DNA from: an uncultured Candidatus Rokubacteria bacterium
GTDB taxonomy: Bacteria; Methylomirabilota; Methylomirabilia; Rokubacteriales; CSP1-6
DNA length: 64,000 nucleotides
Assembly: GCA_963762145.1 (NCBI GenBank)
Contig: CAVXJS010000015.1
Span: 288,001 to 352,000, forward strand
Direction of reading: 5' to 3'
Both the position numbers and the translations under genes were made by a program. Numbering within the stretch: the stretch's first letter is position 1; each line of letters opens with the position of its first letter. A model generated the notes under the pieces. It did no database searches. It was not told the DNA's origin and saw only the letters and a program-made list of their open reading frames with translations. This document shows, piece by piece, positions 28,990 through 39,806 of the stretch.

Positions 28990-30570
28990 CTAGCGCGCGC
29001 GGCGCCGCTGCATGATCACCGCGATGCCGCAGATCAGCACGGCGCCCGGCAGGACGAGGATCGGCAGGCCCAGCACCAGCCGGGACTGCCCGGACGTCAG
29101 CACCACCGGGTTCTGCTTCGGATCCTTGGCGCGGATCGAGATGAGATCTTCCTCCTCCGCGAGCCAGGACACGATGTTGAGGAAGAAGTCGCGATTGCCC
29201 TGCGCCCCGAGGAACTGGTTGGAGGCGAAGTCGGCGGTGCCCACCACGACGATGCGGGCCTTGGGCGGCTTCTTGGCCGCGTCGCCCTCCGCCTTCGGAT
29301 CGGGCTGCGCGTCGACCGTGGCCACCATCGCCACCGCGAGCGGCCCCGTCTTCTCGCTCGGATCCGGGGTGGCCTTTCCGGTCTGGAACACGTTCTTGTC
29401 GGACTCGCCCCACGACTGGCGGCTGGTCTGCGCCAGCGGGGAGGCCTGCACGCCCTTCGGCAGCGCCTTGGCCGGCGCCACCGAGCGGGTGAGCGGGAAC
29501 AGGGTCATGACCCCGCCCATGTCCTTGGTGATCGGGTGCGGATCGTACTGGCCGACCACCGGGACGAGCGGGCCCACTCCGAAGAGCTGGCCGATCGGGT
29601 TCGAGCTCGATCACCACGTCCTCGTCCACCACGATCCCGTACTTGGTGAGGTACTTCATGGTGGTCTCGGCCTGGAAGGGCGCGGTCATCAAGAAGACCT
29701 TGCCCGCCTTCGCGATGTAGCCGTCGAGCGCGGCGAGCTCCTGCGGGAAGAGATCGGTCTTCGGGCTCGGCACCATCACGATCGCCGCGTCCTCGGGGAT
29801 CTTCGGGTCGCGGGCCAGGAACAGGTCCTTGACCTCGTAGTTGGCCTTCTCCATCTGCTCCTTGGCCTGGCTGAAGCCGGCCCGGTCCGTGCTCCCGATC
29901 TCGCGCTCGCCGTGCCCCTTGAGCACGTAGACGACCCGCTTGCCCGCGCGGGTGATCTTGACGATGGCGTTGGTGAGCTTCTCCTCCTCGGCGTCCTGCA
30001 CCTTCTCGGTGCGGATCTGCCCGGCCGGGCCGCCCTCGAGCACCACGGTGCCGTAGCTCTCGACCCCGTAGCTGCCGGGCCAGGGCGGGCGCCCGGTCGG
30101 TGTCCTCCAGGCGCCACGTGAACTTGCCGCGCGAGTAGGTCGCGTACTGGGTGAGCAGGTCCTCCGCCGTCTTCTTGCCCGGCGTATCCGAGCGGAAGAA
30201 GGCGATCGCGCTCGACCGGAGCCTTCAGGGTCCGGAGCACCTGGATCGTCTGGGGCGAGACGCTGTTGCGCTTGTTCTCGGTGAAGTCCCAGCGGACGCT
30301 GTGCCGCAGCGAGATCGCGTTGGCCGCCACCACGATGCCGAGGGCGAGCACCGCCATCACCGCGGCCCCCGCACCGTAGCGCGCGGTGCGGGTGCCCATC
30401 GCGGTGCGCGCCTCGCCCGCGTTGAAGGCGAGCGAGAGGAGCAGCAGGGCGCCGCCCAGGCCCAGGAAGACCCACTGGGCGGGCACGCCCGGATAGAAGT
30501 GCCAGAGGGCGAACGCGAGCAGCAGGCAGACGATCGCGGCGGTCAGCGTGTGGCGCTTGAGCCAGCTCAT
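28990..30570 (-). CDS. GldG-like ABC auxiliary component (several frameshifts)
   Basis: WDFTENKRNSVSPQT, GHGERE, HPITK, GNRDFFLNIVSWL. Confidence 0.82.
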
Positions 30571-30574
30571 CGGG

Positions 30575-31345
30575 CTAGCCCCTCCACCGCTTCGACTCGA
30601 GCGAGCGCAGGGTGAGGAACAGCGCCAGCGCCACGCCGGTCACGTAGTAGACGAGGTCCTTGGTGTCGATGAGGCCGCGGGTGAAGCCCTCGAGATGGTC
30701 GCCGATCGAGAGGTACTGGAGCACGGTGCGCATCGTACCGCCCGCGAACTCGGCGCCCCAGCCGATGACCCAGAACCCGAGCAGCATGCCGAAGGTGCCG
30801 AATCCGGCGACGATCTGGTTCTCGGTCAGCGAGGAGACGAGCACGCCGACCGCGAGGAAGACCGCGCCGGTGAGGATCAGGCCCAGGTAGCCGGTCAGGA
30901 TCGGGCCCCACTCGACGCGGGTGAAGTACGCGACGAGCGCCGGGATACGAGCAGGGTCAGGCCGAGGAGGATCAGGTAGAGGGCGAGGGCGGCCAGGTAC
31001 TTGCCGGCGAGCACCTCGCCGTCGCGCACCGGGTAGGTCAGCAGCAGCTCCATGGTGCCGGACTTCTTCTCCTCGGCGAAGAGGCGCATGGTCAGCATCG
31101 GGATGAAGAACAGGAGCACCACGCTCATGTTGGTGAAGAGCGGGCGCATGACGTTGTCCACCACGTTGAGGTTCTGGCCCATCTGCGGCGTGCATGAACG
31201 ACCGCATCGAGGCGTCGCTGTAGAAGAGGAAGATCTGGCTGAAGAACCAGCCGGAGATCACCAGGAAGAACGTGCAGACCACGTAGGCCACCGGCGAGCC
31301 GAAGTACAGCCGCATCTCCTTCTTGAACACGGGCAGCCAGCGCAT
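30575..31345 (-). CDS. GldF-like ABC-2 permease (frameshifts)
   Basis: KEMRLYFGSPVAY, TMRLFAEEKKSGTMELLLT, SSLTENQIVA. Confidence 0.85.
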   Translation of the reverse strand: MRWLPVFKKEMRLYFGSPVAYVVCTFFLVISGWFFSQIFLFYSDASMRSFMHAADGPEPQRGGQRHAPALHQHERGAPVLHPDADHAPLRRGEEVRHHGAAADLPGARRRGARRQVPGRPRPLPDPPRPDPARIPALVAYFTRVEWGPILTGYLGLILTGAVFLAVGVLVSSLTENQIVAGFGTFGMLLGFWVIGWGAEFAGGTMRTVLQYLSIGDHLEGFTRGLIDTKDLVYYVTGVALALFLTLRSLESKRWRG

Positions 31346-32337
31346 CAGGGTGTCTCCTCCCCGCCGTCGGACCGGCTCGTGCGGCTCCTGCTCCTCGCCC
31401 GCGACCACGCGGATGAAGACCTCCTCGAGACTCATGCCGACCGGGTGCAGCTCCTGAGCAGCGCCAGCCCTTGCCGGTGACGAGGCGGACCAGGTCGGCG
31501 CCGCACGTCGCGGTCGCGCGCCGCCTCCACCAGCACCCCGACGCCGCCGTCGCGGGGCGCGAGCGGCTGCACCGAGCGCACCACGCCCGGGACGCGGCCA
31601 CTGCGGAGCGCGGCAGCGTCGCCGTCGGCGGGCCCGCCACCCGAGCTCGATGCGCGCCGACGGGAAGGCCTGCTGGCACGAGCTCGGCCTCGGTGCCCTG
31701 GGCCACGATGCGCCCGCGGTTGATGATGACGACGCCGTCGCACACCATCGAGACCTCGGGGAGGATGTGCGTGGACAGGATCACGGTGTGCTGGCCGGCC
31801 AGCGACCGGATCAGCGACGCGGATCTCCGCGATCTGCCGCGGGTCGAGCCCGATGGTGGGCTCGTCGAGGATCAGCACCTCCGGATCGCCCAGGAGGGCC
31901 TGGGCCAGCCCGACCCGCTGCCGGTAGCCCTTCGAGAGCTTGCCGATCAGCCGGTTCTGCATGTCCGCGATGAAGCACCGCTCCATCACGTCGGCCACCC
32001 GGCCGCGCCGCGCGGTCCGCGCCCACGCCCTTGATCTCGGCCACGAAGTCCAGATAGGAGCGCGACCGAGAGATCGGGATAGAGCGGCGCGTTCTCCGGG
32101 AGATAGCCGATCCGCCGCCGCACCTCCAGCGACTGCGAGAACACGTCGAAGCCGGCCACCTGCGCGGTGCCGCCGGTGGCGGGCATGAAGCACGGAGAGG
32201 ATCTTCATCGTGGTGGACTTGCCCGCCCCGTTGGGGCCGAGAAAGCCGACGATGCGGCCCTTCTCCACGGTGAAGGACACATCGTGGATGGCCGTGACCG
32301 GTCCGTAGCGCTTCGTGAGATTGTCGACTTGGATCAT
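31345..32337 (-). CDS. GldA-like ABC ATP-binding protein (frameshifts)
   Basis: GPNGAGKST, LSKGYRQR, ILDEPTIGLDP, LSTHIL, SLEEVF. Confidence 0.88.
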
Positions 32338-32393
32338 ACGTGCGGGTCGCGAGTTCCGCCGGGGACCGCCGCGAAGTATAGCACAGGGCCGGT

Positions 32394-34077
32394 CTACGAA
32401 GAGCCCCGTGATGACGCCGTCCGGCGTCGACGTCCACCCTCTCGGCGTTGGGCTCTGCGCGGGAAGCCGGGCATCGTGGTGATGTCACCGGTGATGGCCA
32501 CCAGGAAGCCGGCGCCCGCCGAGATGCGGATCTCGTTGACCGTGATCTTGAAGCCGCGCGGGCCGGTTCAGCAGGGTCGGGTCGTCGGACAGCGAGCGCT
32601 GCAGTCTTGGCCACGCAGATCGGAAGCCTCCCGTAGCCGAGGGACTCGGCCTGGGCGATCTGCCGCTCGACCCGCTTGGGGTATTCGACGCCGTCCGCGC
32701 CGTAGATCCGACGCGCGATGGTGTCGAGCTTCACCTTGATGGGGTCGTCGAGCGCGTAGAGCGGCGCGAAGGCCGAGCGCTCCCGGGCCAGGAGGGCAAG
32801 CAGGCCCCGGGCCAGCTCCTCGCCGCCCGCGCCCCCGCGGCCGAAGACGTCGGCCACGTGCATCGCCACCCCGAGCTCGCGCGCAGCGCTCCCGCACCGC
32901 CGCGTACTCCGCCTCGGTGTCCGACGGGTAGCGGTTCATCCCGACGAGCACCGGCACCTGAACTGGCGCACGGCCTCCACGTGCGCCTCCAGGTTGTCGA
33001 GGCCGAGGGTGAGCGCGGCCACGTTCTCCCGGTCCAGGTCCGGCACCGGCATCCCGCCGTGGTACTTGAGCGCCCGCGCGGTGGCCACGATCATGGCCGC
33101 GTCGGGCTTGAGCCCGGCGAGCCGGCACTTGATGTCGAAGAACTTCTCGGCGCCCAGGTCGGTGGCGAAGCCCGCCTCGGTGAGGCAGATGTCGCCGAGC
33201 TTGAGCGCCAGCCGGGTGGCGAGCACCGAGTTGCAGCCGTGGGCGATGTTGGCGAACGGGCCGCCGTGGACCAGGGCGGGCGTGCCCTCCATCGTCTGCA
33301 CCAGGTTCGGGTGGATCGCGTCGCGCAGGAGCGCGGCCATCGCGCCGGTCACGCCGAGCGCGTCGGCGGTCACCGGCTTGCCGTCGGCGGTCAGCGCGAC
33401 GAGCATGCGGCCGAGCCGCTGCTTGAGGTCCATCAAGTCCTCGGCGAGGCAGAGCGCGGCCATGATCTCGGAGGCCGACGGTGATGAGGAAGCCCGCCTC
33501 GCGCGGCACGCCGTCGAGGCGCCCGCCGAGGCCGACCACCACGTCGCGCAGAGCGCGGTCGTTGACGTCGAGGATGCGCTTCCACGCGACCTGGCGGACG
33601 TCGATCCCGAGCGGGTTGCCGTGGTGGAGGTGGTTGTCGATGGCGGCCGCGAGCAGGTTGTGCGCGGAGGTGATCGCGTGGAAGTCGCCGGTGAAGTGCA
33701 GGTTGATCTCGTCCATCGGCACCACCTGCGCCTTGCCGCCCCCGGTGCCGCCGCCCTTCATGCCGAGCGTGGGCCCGATGGACGGCTCCCGCAGCGCGAT
33801 CACCGGCCGGGCGCCGACGCGCCAGAGCGCCTGCCCGATGCCGATGGTCATCGTGGTCTTGCCGTCGCCGGCCGGGGTCGGCGTGATCGACGACACCACC
33901 ACCAGCTTGCCGTCGGGCCGGTCGCGGCGGGCGGCTCAGCGCGCCGACGCGCACCTTGGCCTTGTCGTGGCCGTAGGGGATCCACTCCTCCGCGCCGAGG
34001 CCGAGCTCGCGCGCGATCTCGGCGATCGGCCGGGGCTGCCGGTCAGCGTCGGGGCGTGACGGGGTCGAGGTCGGCAT
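32394..34077 (-). CDS. fhs: Formate--tetrahydrofolate ligase (multiple frameshifts)
   Basis: [52 protein letters not shown]. Confidence 0.9.
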
Positions 34078-34465
34078 CGGGCATGATCTCCTTCAGCCAG
34101 TCGGGGATGGGAATCATCTTGGCGGTGGCGGGGTTCCAGCACGCGTGCACGGTGTGCCCGGTGGCCACCAGCTCCTTGGCCTCGTTGCGGATCTCGTAGC
34201 TGAACCGGAAGCTGGCCCGCCTGCGCTCGCTCACCCGCGAGACGACCTCGAGCAGGTCGTCGAGCTTTGCCGGCTTGACGTACTTCACGAAGGCTTCCAC
34301 CACCGGCAGGTGCACGCGCTCGTTCACCGCCGACATCGGCCAGCCGTATTCGCGGAGGTACTCCACGCGCCCCACCTCGAAGTAGGTGAGGTAGTTGCCG
34401 TAGTAGACGACCGACATCGTGTCGGTGTCCTTGTAGCGGACGCGCACGCGGGTGACCGATGGCAT
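34043..34465 (-). CDS. YbgC/FadM family acyl-CoA thioesterase
   Basis: RVRYKDTDTMSVVYYGNYLTYFEVGR. Confidence 0.9.
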   Translation of the reverse strand: MPSVTRVRVRYKDTDTMSVVYYGNYLTYFEVGRVEYLREYGWPMSAVNERVHLPVVEAFVKYVKPAKLDDLLEVVSRVSERRRASFRFSYEIRNEAKELVATGHTVHACWNPATAKMIPIPDWLKEIMPDADLDPVTPRR

Positions 34466-34488
34466 CGACGCGCGCCATGGTACCACTC

Positions 34489-34571
34489 GGGGTCAGGTCT
34501 TACATTCCTACATTTCCTCGCGCGAGGTGAGCCCGAGACGCGGCAAATGTCGGAATGTAAGACCTGACCCC
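34489..34571. mobile_element. 83-bp miniature inverted-repeat (REPIN/MITE-like) element
   Basis: 27-bp arms GGGGTCAGGTCTTACATTCCTACATTT ... AAATGTCGGAATGTAAGACCTGACCCC with one mismatch. Confidence 0.7.
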
Positions 34572-34574
34572 AGG

Positions 34575-35321
34575 CTAGCGCTTGAAGACTTCCTTCAGGA
34601 GGTCGGTGGCGCGGGCGGTCGGGTTGGTGCGGATCTGCTTCTCCTGCTCCCCCAGCACCGTGAAGAGCCCGCCCAGCCCCTTGTCCACCACGTAGCCGTC
34701 CAGGTCGAAGGTCTGGGACTTGGCGAACGGGATCGAATCGAAGCGCCCGACCAGATCCTTGTACTGCCGGCTCACGCCGACCTGATTCATGGACTGCTCG
34801 ACCATCGGTCGGAACGCGGTGGTGAGCTGCGGCGTGGTCTTGCCGCGGAAATACTCGGTGGCCGCGGTGTCCCCGCCGTTCAGGATCTTGCGGGCGTCGT
34901 CGAAGCTCATCGCGCCGATCGCGTCGAAGAAGATCACCTTGGCCTGGGGCGCGGCCCGCTCGGCGGCGCGGTTCATGCCGAGCACCAGCTCGTCGATCTG
35001 CCCGCCGTAGCCCACCGTGCGCAGCCCGCTCTCGAAGCTCCGCAGCTTCTCCGGCATCAGGATCTTGATGGCCTGGTTGGAGAAGTAGCCGTCGGTCTTC
35101 CCGGTGAGGCTCACCGTCTTCTCGGTGGCCACCTGGAGCGCTTCCTTGAGTCCCGCGCCGATCTTGGCCTCGGACAGCCCCGCCCCCGCGCTCCCCTCCC
35201 CGCCCCCCAGCCCCTTCAGCAGCTTGTCCCACTGCGCGCCGGCGGGTCCCGTCAGCACGAACAGGACCCCCGCGACGGCCAGCCACCCGGACCAGTGCCT
35301 CACTCTTCGACGTGTCCGCAT
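34575..35321 (-). CDS. DUF4197 domain secreted protein
   Basis: [39 protein letters not shown]. Confidence 0.9.
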   Translation of the reverse strand: MRTRRRVRHWSGWLAVAGVLFVLTGPAGAQWDKLLKGLGGGEGSAGAGLSEAKIGAGLKEALQVATEKTVSLTGKTDGYFSNQAIKILMPEKLRSFESGLRTVGYGGQIDELVLGMNRAAERAAPQAKVIFFDAIGAMSFDDARKILNGGDTAATEYFRGKTTPQLTTAFRPMVEQSMNQVGVSRQYKDLVGRFDSIPFAKSQTFDLDGYVVDKGLGGLFTVLGEQEKQIRTNPTARATDLLKEVFKR

Positions 35322-35339
35322 GATGTCTCCTCGCTCGGG

Positions 35340-36329
35340 CTAGAGGTACTGCCCGTAGCGGATCTTCTCGACGACGGCCCGGATGCGCCGGTACACGTCC
35401 ACCTGGCGCAGCAGGTCCTGGGTGGTGACGAGGCCCGCGTCGTGACCCTGCCCCGCCGCGTGGACCTTCTCCTCGAGCGCGCGACGCAGCAGGTCGCGGA
35501 TCTCGCCCCCGCTCATGCCGCCCATCGGCGGCAGCAGCGAGCGGTAATCGAGATCGTCCACCAGACGCCGATCCGCGGCGTGCTCGGCGCGCGCCCGGGT
35601 CAGCTCGAGGATCTGCTGCTGCGCGGCCGCGTCCGGCAGCGGCACCTCGACCAGGCGATCGAGCCGGCCCGGGGCCACCAGGGACGGATCGACCGCGTCG
35701 GTGCGGCTGGTCGCCGCCACCACGACGATCCGGGAGAACGCTTCCAGGGTATCGAGCTTTTCGCAGAGCGCGGCCACGATGCGGGCGCCCGCCTCGCGCG
35801 CCTGCGCCGGCGGCAGCAGATGCTCGAGCGCGAGCGCGTCGGCCTGATCGAGATACACCACCGCCCGGCCCTGCTCGCGCGCCAGGCCGAGGATCTCCTG
35901 CAGCAGCTCGCCGGTATTCGGCCCGAACTTGGAGGTGAGCGTGCCGAGCTTCAGGTGGTAGAAGATGGCCCCCGCCTCGGTGGCGAGCGCGCGCGCCAGC
36001 AGCGTCTTGCCGGTGCCCGGCGGCCCGTAGATCAGCAGGCCCTTGGGCGGGCTGATGCCCCACTTGCGATAGAGCTCGGGATCGGTCAGCGCGGTCACGA
36101 AGCTCCGCACGATGCCCTTGGCCTCCGCGAGCCCGCCGATGTCGGCGAAGGAGGTCTCCGGCTTAACCTGTACCTCGACGCGGCCGGTGAGCTCGGCGAG
36201 CTTCTCGCCGAGCTTGCTGAAGATCTCGCCCAGTCGGCGCTCGATCGCCCACTGCTGCCCCTCGACATTCTGGGAGGGGTTGTGCGGCGGCAGGGCGGCC
36301 GCGCCCGCGCGAGGCGTCTCGCTCGCCAC
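35340..36329 (-). CDS. Single-domain AAA+ ATPase (FtsH/Cdc48-like module) with atypical Walker B
   Basis: FADIGGL, GPPGTGKT, YLDQAD, PGRLDR. Confidence 0.88.
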   Translation of the reverse strand: MASETPRAGAAALPPHNPSQNVEGQQWAIERRLGEIFSKLGEKLAELTGRVEVQVKPETSFADIGGLAEAKGIVRSFVTALTDPELYRKWGISPPKGLLIYGPPGTGKTLLARALATEAGAIFYHLKLGTLTSKFGPNTGELLQEILGLAREQGRAVVYLDQADALALEHLLPPAQAREAGARIVAALCEKLDTLEAFSRIVVVAATSRTDAVDPSLVAPGRLDRLVEVPLPDAAAQQQILELTRARAEHAADRRLVDDLDYRSLLPPMGGMSGGEIRDLLRRALEEKVHAAGQGHDAGLVTTQDLLRQVDVYRRIRAVVEKIRYGQYL

Positions 36330-36862
36330 TAGATCCGCTCTCCCGGCCCGCCCGGGCTCCCGGGCGGCCGCTCGGACTTCTCGAACACGCGCTCCTCCGC
36401 GAAGACGGGCGCCTTCGCCCGGATGGCCAGCGCGATCGCGTCGGAGGGGCGGGAGTCGAGCTCCATCGCGGTGCCGTCCGAGGTCAGGTACACCGTCGCG
36501 TAGTAGGTGTTGTTGCGCAGGTCGGTGATCACCACCTTGGTGACCTGCACCTTGAGCCGGCCGAACAGGGTGAGGAAGAGATCGTGGGTGAGCGGGCGCG
36601 GCGGCGTGACGTTCTCGAGCGGCACCGCGATCGCGGTGGCCTCCGCGGGCCCGATCATCATCAGGAAGCGCCGCTTGTCGCGCTTGCCCTCGAGCAACAC
36701 GCCGTGCTGGCCGCGCGGATCGCTGAACACGCCGATCACCGCGACTTCCTGGAGCGTGGCGGCGGGCGGCGCGGGCGTCTCACCCGGGTTGCGGGCGCCG
36801 ACGAGGAGCATGCCCAGCGCGAGCACCGGCGCCAGGCGGCGATATCGGGTGCGTCTCACCAT
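36329..36862 (-). CDS. Bifunctional nuclease (DUF151) with hydrophobic N-terminus
   Basis: IGPAEATAI, PRPLTHDL, DSRPSDAIALA. Confidence 0.85.
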   Translation of the reverse strand: MVRRTRYRRLAPVLALGMLLVGARNPGETPAPPAATLQEVAVIGVFSDPRGQHGVLLEGKRDKRRFLMMIGPAEATAIAVPLENVTPPRPLTHDLFLTLFGRLKVQVTKVVITDLRNNTYYATVYLTSDGTAMELDSRPSDAIALAIRAKAPVFAEERVFEKSERPPGSPGGPGERI

Positions 36863-36939
36863 GATCGACCGGGCCTCCCACGCGATGACGTGCGAGTCAG
36901 TATCGGGCCGCCTCCGGGGCAAGTCAACCAAGCCGCCGC

Positions 36940-38157
36940 TCAGGACGCGGGCACCGGCGCGGTCACCGGTCGCGCGTAGCCGACGCGGAGCCGGACGCTC
37001 AGGCAGGAGCCGACGAGCAGGAGCACGGTGAGCGCGCTCCACATCACGGCATACCCGCGCCCGTGCGCCACGTACCCGAAGGCGATCGCTCCGAACGAGT
37101 TGCCGAGCAGGATCACCGAGCTGAAGATGCCGACCGCGCTGCCGCGGCGGCGCTCGGGCGTGACGTCCATCAGGAGGGCCGACATGGCCGGGTAGAGGAA
37201 GCCGTGGGCCGCGCCGGCCAGGAACCCGGCCAGGAAGAGGAACGGCAGCACCGGCAGCCGGAGCGCGGGCGCGAACAGGATCGCGACCAGCGCGATGATG
37301 CAGGTCGCGGAGGCCTGCACGAACATGCACGGGATGATCACCGCGCGCCGCCCGCGCACGTCGATCAGGTTGCCTCCCACCACCCGCACCAGCATCGCCG
37401 CCGCCGCGTACGCGGTGTAGAAGAGCCCGACGCTTGCGATCCCGAGCTCCTCGCCGAAGGTGGGCAGGAACGTGAAGATCGTCCCGGTCCCGAGCCCGAA
37501 GAACAGCCCGATCGCCATGTGCATGTGCCGCAGCTCGAGCAGACCTTCCCGGATGACGTGCAGGCCGGGCCGGGCGCCCAGGGCGGCCGGGCGCACGTCG
37601 CGCACTCCCCAGCACAGCGCGGCCGCGACCACCGCGATCAGGGTGGTGGACGTGAAGAACGTGGGGAAGCCGAAGCGGCGGATCACGAACTCGCCGAACA
37701 GCGGGGCGAGCGACGTGGAGACGAGGCCCGAGAGGCCGAAGATGCCCAGCGCCCACCCGCGCCGCTCCGCGGGAACCATCTCCACCACGTGGATGTAGTT
37801 CGCGACGAAGAACGCGGAGAAGGCCACGCCCTGCAGGATGCGCAGCACGCCCAGCAGGGGGAGCGGGCTCGACACCACGAAGAGCGCGCAGGACACGACG
37901 AGCGAGAGGACGCCGAGCCGCATGAAGAAGCGGCGCCCCAGGTAGTCGATGAGGGCGCCCACCACCGGCTGGCAGACGATGCCGGCCGCGCTGTAGAGGC
38001 CCTGCACGAGCCCGATATCCGCCTCGTCACCGCCGAGCCTCTGGATGTACAGCGGCAGGAGCAGGAAGGTGTTCAGCGCGCCAAAGAAGAAGAAGTTCGT
38101 GAGCATGAGCCGCGCGAACGGGCCATGGCTCAGGAGCTCGAGGGTCGAGCTGGTCAC
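36940..38157 (-). CDS. MFS transporter
   Basis: About 12 hydrophobic segments; GALIDYLGRR and GNLIDVRGRR motif A. Confidence 0.9.
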   Translation of the reverse strand: MTSSTLELLSHGPFARLMLTNFFFFGALNTFLLLPLYIQRLGGDEADIGLVQGLYSAAGIVCQPVVGALIDYLGRRFFMRLGVLSLVVSCALFVVSSPLPLLGVLRILQGVAFSAFFVANYIHVVEMVPAERRGWALGIFGLSGLVSTSLAPLFGEFVIRRFGFPTFFTSTTLIAVVAAALCWGVRDVRPAALGARPGLHVIREGLLELRHMHMAIGLFFGLGTGTIFTFLPTFGEELGIASVGLFYTAYAAAAMLVRVVGGNLIDVRGRRAVIIPCMFVQASATCIIALVAILFAPALRLPVLPFLFLAGFLAGAAHGFLYPAMSALLMDVTPERRRGSAVGIFSSVILLGNSFGAIAFGYVAHGRGYAVMWSALTVLLLVGSCLSVRLRVGYARPVTAPVPAS

Positions 38158-38223
38158 ACGCGTTGCGGGGGGAGCGACCGCGACAGTAGAATGGCCGGCG
38201 GCATGAATCCTCGCGAGTATAGC

Positions 38224-39126
38224 ATGCGGGGTCCCGCGGGCCCGGCGGTCGACGACGTCATGGCCGCCGCCGCGACGATCGAGACCGACGGCCGCGGCCG
38301 CTTCCTCGCGCCGCCGGTTCTGCAGAGCTGGCCCGGAATCGTGCACGGCGGCGGCCTCGTCGCGCTGCTGGACTCGGCCGCCGCCGCGCTCGGGCCGGAC
38401 TCGCGGCCGCGCCTCATCGAAGGACGCCTCACCTCGTCGGTGCCGCTCGACACGCCGCTGGCGCTCGAAGGGCACGTCGACGGCGGCGACACCACCGTCA
38501 CCATTCTCGACGGGACCCAGCCGCTCACGTCGGCCACGATCCGCCACGAGCCCGTCGACGACGTCGCGCCCGATCCCGCGTGGCGGACGAGCGGCCGCGA
38601 GGGCTGGCCGATGCCGCTGTCCGATCAGTGCCTGGCCTGCGGCGCGCACAACCCGCTCGGGCTGCAGCTCGGCCTGCGCTTCGACGCCGAAGGCGTGTGG
38701 GCCCGCTTCCCGCCTCGCCAGCCCTGGCGGCGGCCCGGCGATCGCCTCGCGCCCGCGCTGGCCGCGGTGGTGCTCGACGAGATCGCGTGGTGGCTCGGCG
38801 CGCTGGTCACGAAGGAAGGCGGCCTCACCAATCGCATCGCCCTGACCCTGCTGCGTCCCGAGGCGATCGCGCCGGGCCCGGTCACCGCGGTGGGCCGCTT
38901 CGCCGACGTCACGCCGGTGGACCGCCGGCGCACGTTCTGGCGCACCCGCTCGGCGCTGCTCGCGGCCGACGGTACCCTGCTGGCCACCGCCGCCATCGTC
39001 TTCCGGGCGGGCGCCGACTACTCCGAGCGCCAGATGGCCTTCTTCCGCTCGCGCACCGATCCCGAGGTCTTCGAGCGGATGTTCCCGAATCATCGCGGCG
39101 AGGGGCGCGACGGGGGGAGTCGGTAA
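38224..39126 (+). CDS. Double hot-dog (PaaI-like) thioesterase (start approximate)
   Basis: WPGIVHGGGLVALLD; CLACGAHNPLGL; VVLDE. Confidence 0.78.
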   Translation: MRGPAGPAVDDVMAAAATIETDGRGRFLAPPVLQSWPGIVHGGGLVALLDSAAAALGPDSRPRLIEGRLTSSVPLDTPLALEGHVDGGDTTVTILDGTQPLTSATIRHEPVDDVAPDPAWRTSGREGWPMPLSDQCLACGAHNPLGLQLGLRFDAEGVWARFPPRQPWRRPGDRLAPALAAVVLDEIAWWLGALVTKEGGLTNRIALTLLRPEAIAPGPVTAVGRFADVTPVDRRRTFWRTRSALLAADGTLLATAAIVFRAGADYSERQMAFFRSRTDPEVFERMFPNHRGEGRDGGSR

Positions 39127-39221
39127 CTCCTGCCGAGTGGCTCTTACCGGAGTCCCGTATCCGGCGGCGACTGCGGAGGCCATCCGACCGGTTCTCCTCC
39201 GCTCGACCGTGCCCTACGCCT

Positions 39222-39237
39222 TGGTCTCTTCCTTGCT
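39222..39237 (+). promoter_or_regulatory. Possible sigma54 promoter of the hemerythrin gene pair
   Basis: TGGTCT-CTTCC-TTGCT (GG-N10-GC); CGGTAA/TTACCG sites at 39121-39149. Confidence 0.55.
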
Positions 39238-39285
39238 TACTCAAACGGCAGACGTGCCGAGCGAACACGAAAGAGGAGAACCAGC

Positions 39286-39804
39286 ATGCCCGCAGCCAAG
39301 AAGCCCCGGACCAACCAGCGGGACGCGATCACGCTGCTCAAGGACGACCACCGGCAGGTTCGTACGCTGCTCGGCCAGCTCGAGGAAACGACGGACAAGG
39401 CGGTCGGCAAGCGCGAGAAGCTGCTCGCCTCCATCGAGCAGGAGCTCACGATCCACACCCGGATCGAGGAGGAGATCTTCTATCCCGCGTTCCGCGATGC
39501 GGCCCGGAAGAAGGAAGACGGAAAGCTCTACTTCGAGGCGCTCGAGGAGCACCACGTGGTGGACATGGTCCTACCCGAGATCAAGGGCGCCGACGTGGAG
39601 TCCGAGCAGTTCGCCGCCAAGGCCAAGGTCCTCAAGGACCTCGTCGAGCATCACGCGGAAGAGGAGGAGACGGAGATGTTCCCGCGGGCCCGCAAGCTCA
39701 TGACCCGCGACGAGCTGCTTCGCCTGGGCGCCGAGATGGCCCAGCTCAAGGCGTCGATGACGCGAGGGCTGGTCGACCGGCTGGCCGGACTGGTCGGGGC
39801 CTAG
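39286..39804 (+). CDS. Hemerythrin/HHE domain protein
   Basis: DAITLLKDDH, HTRIEEEIFYP, EEHH, HHAEEEETEMFP; AGGAG RBS. Confidence 0.92.
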   Translation: MPAAKKPRTNQRDAITLLKDDHRQVRTLLGQLEETTDKAVGKREKLLASIEQELTIHTRIEEEIFYPAFRDAARKKEDGKLYFEALEEHHVVDMVLPEIKGADVESEQFAAKAKVLKDLVEHHAEEEETEMFPRARKLMTRDELLRLGAEMAQLKASMTRGLVDRLAGLVGA

Positions 39805-39806
39805 CC

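Noticed and set aside
26753-30475. 1240-aa ORF as one giant protein
   Set aside because: Chimeric read-through of GldG-like, DUF4340 and small secreted genes caused by frameshifts
27211-32337. Gld-like ABC genes as evidence of gliding motility or T9SS
   Set aside because: GldAFG-DUF4340 modules are widespread outside Bacteroidota; no gldK-N or spr genes seen
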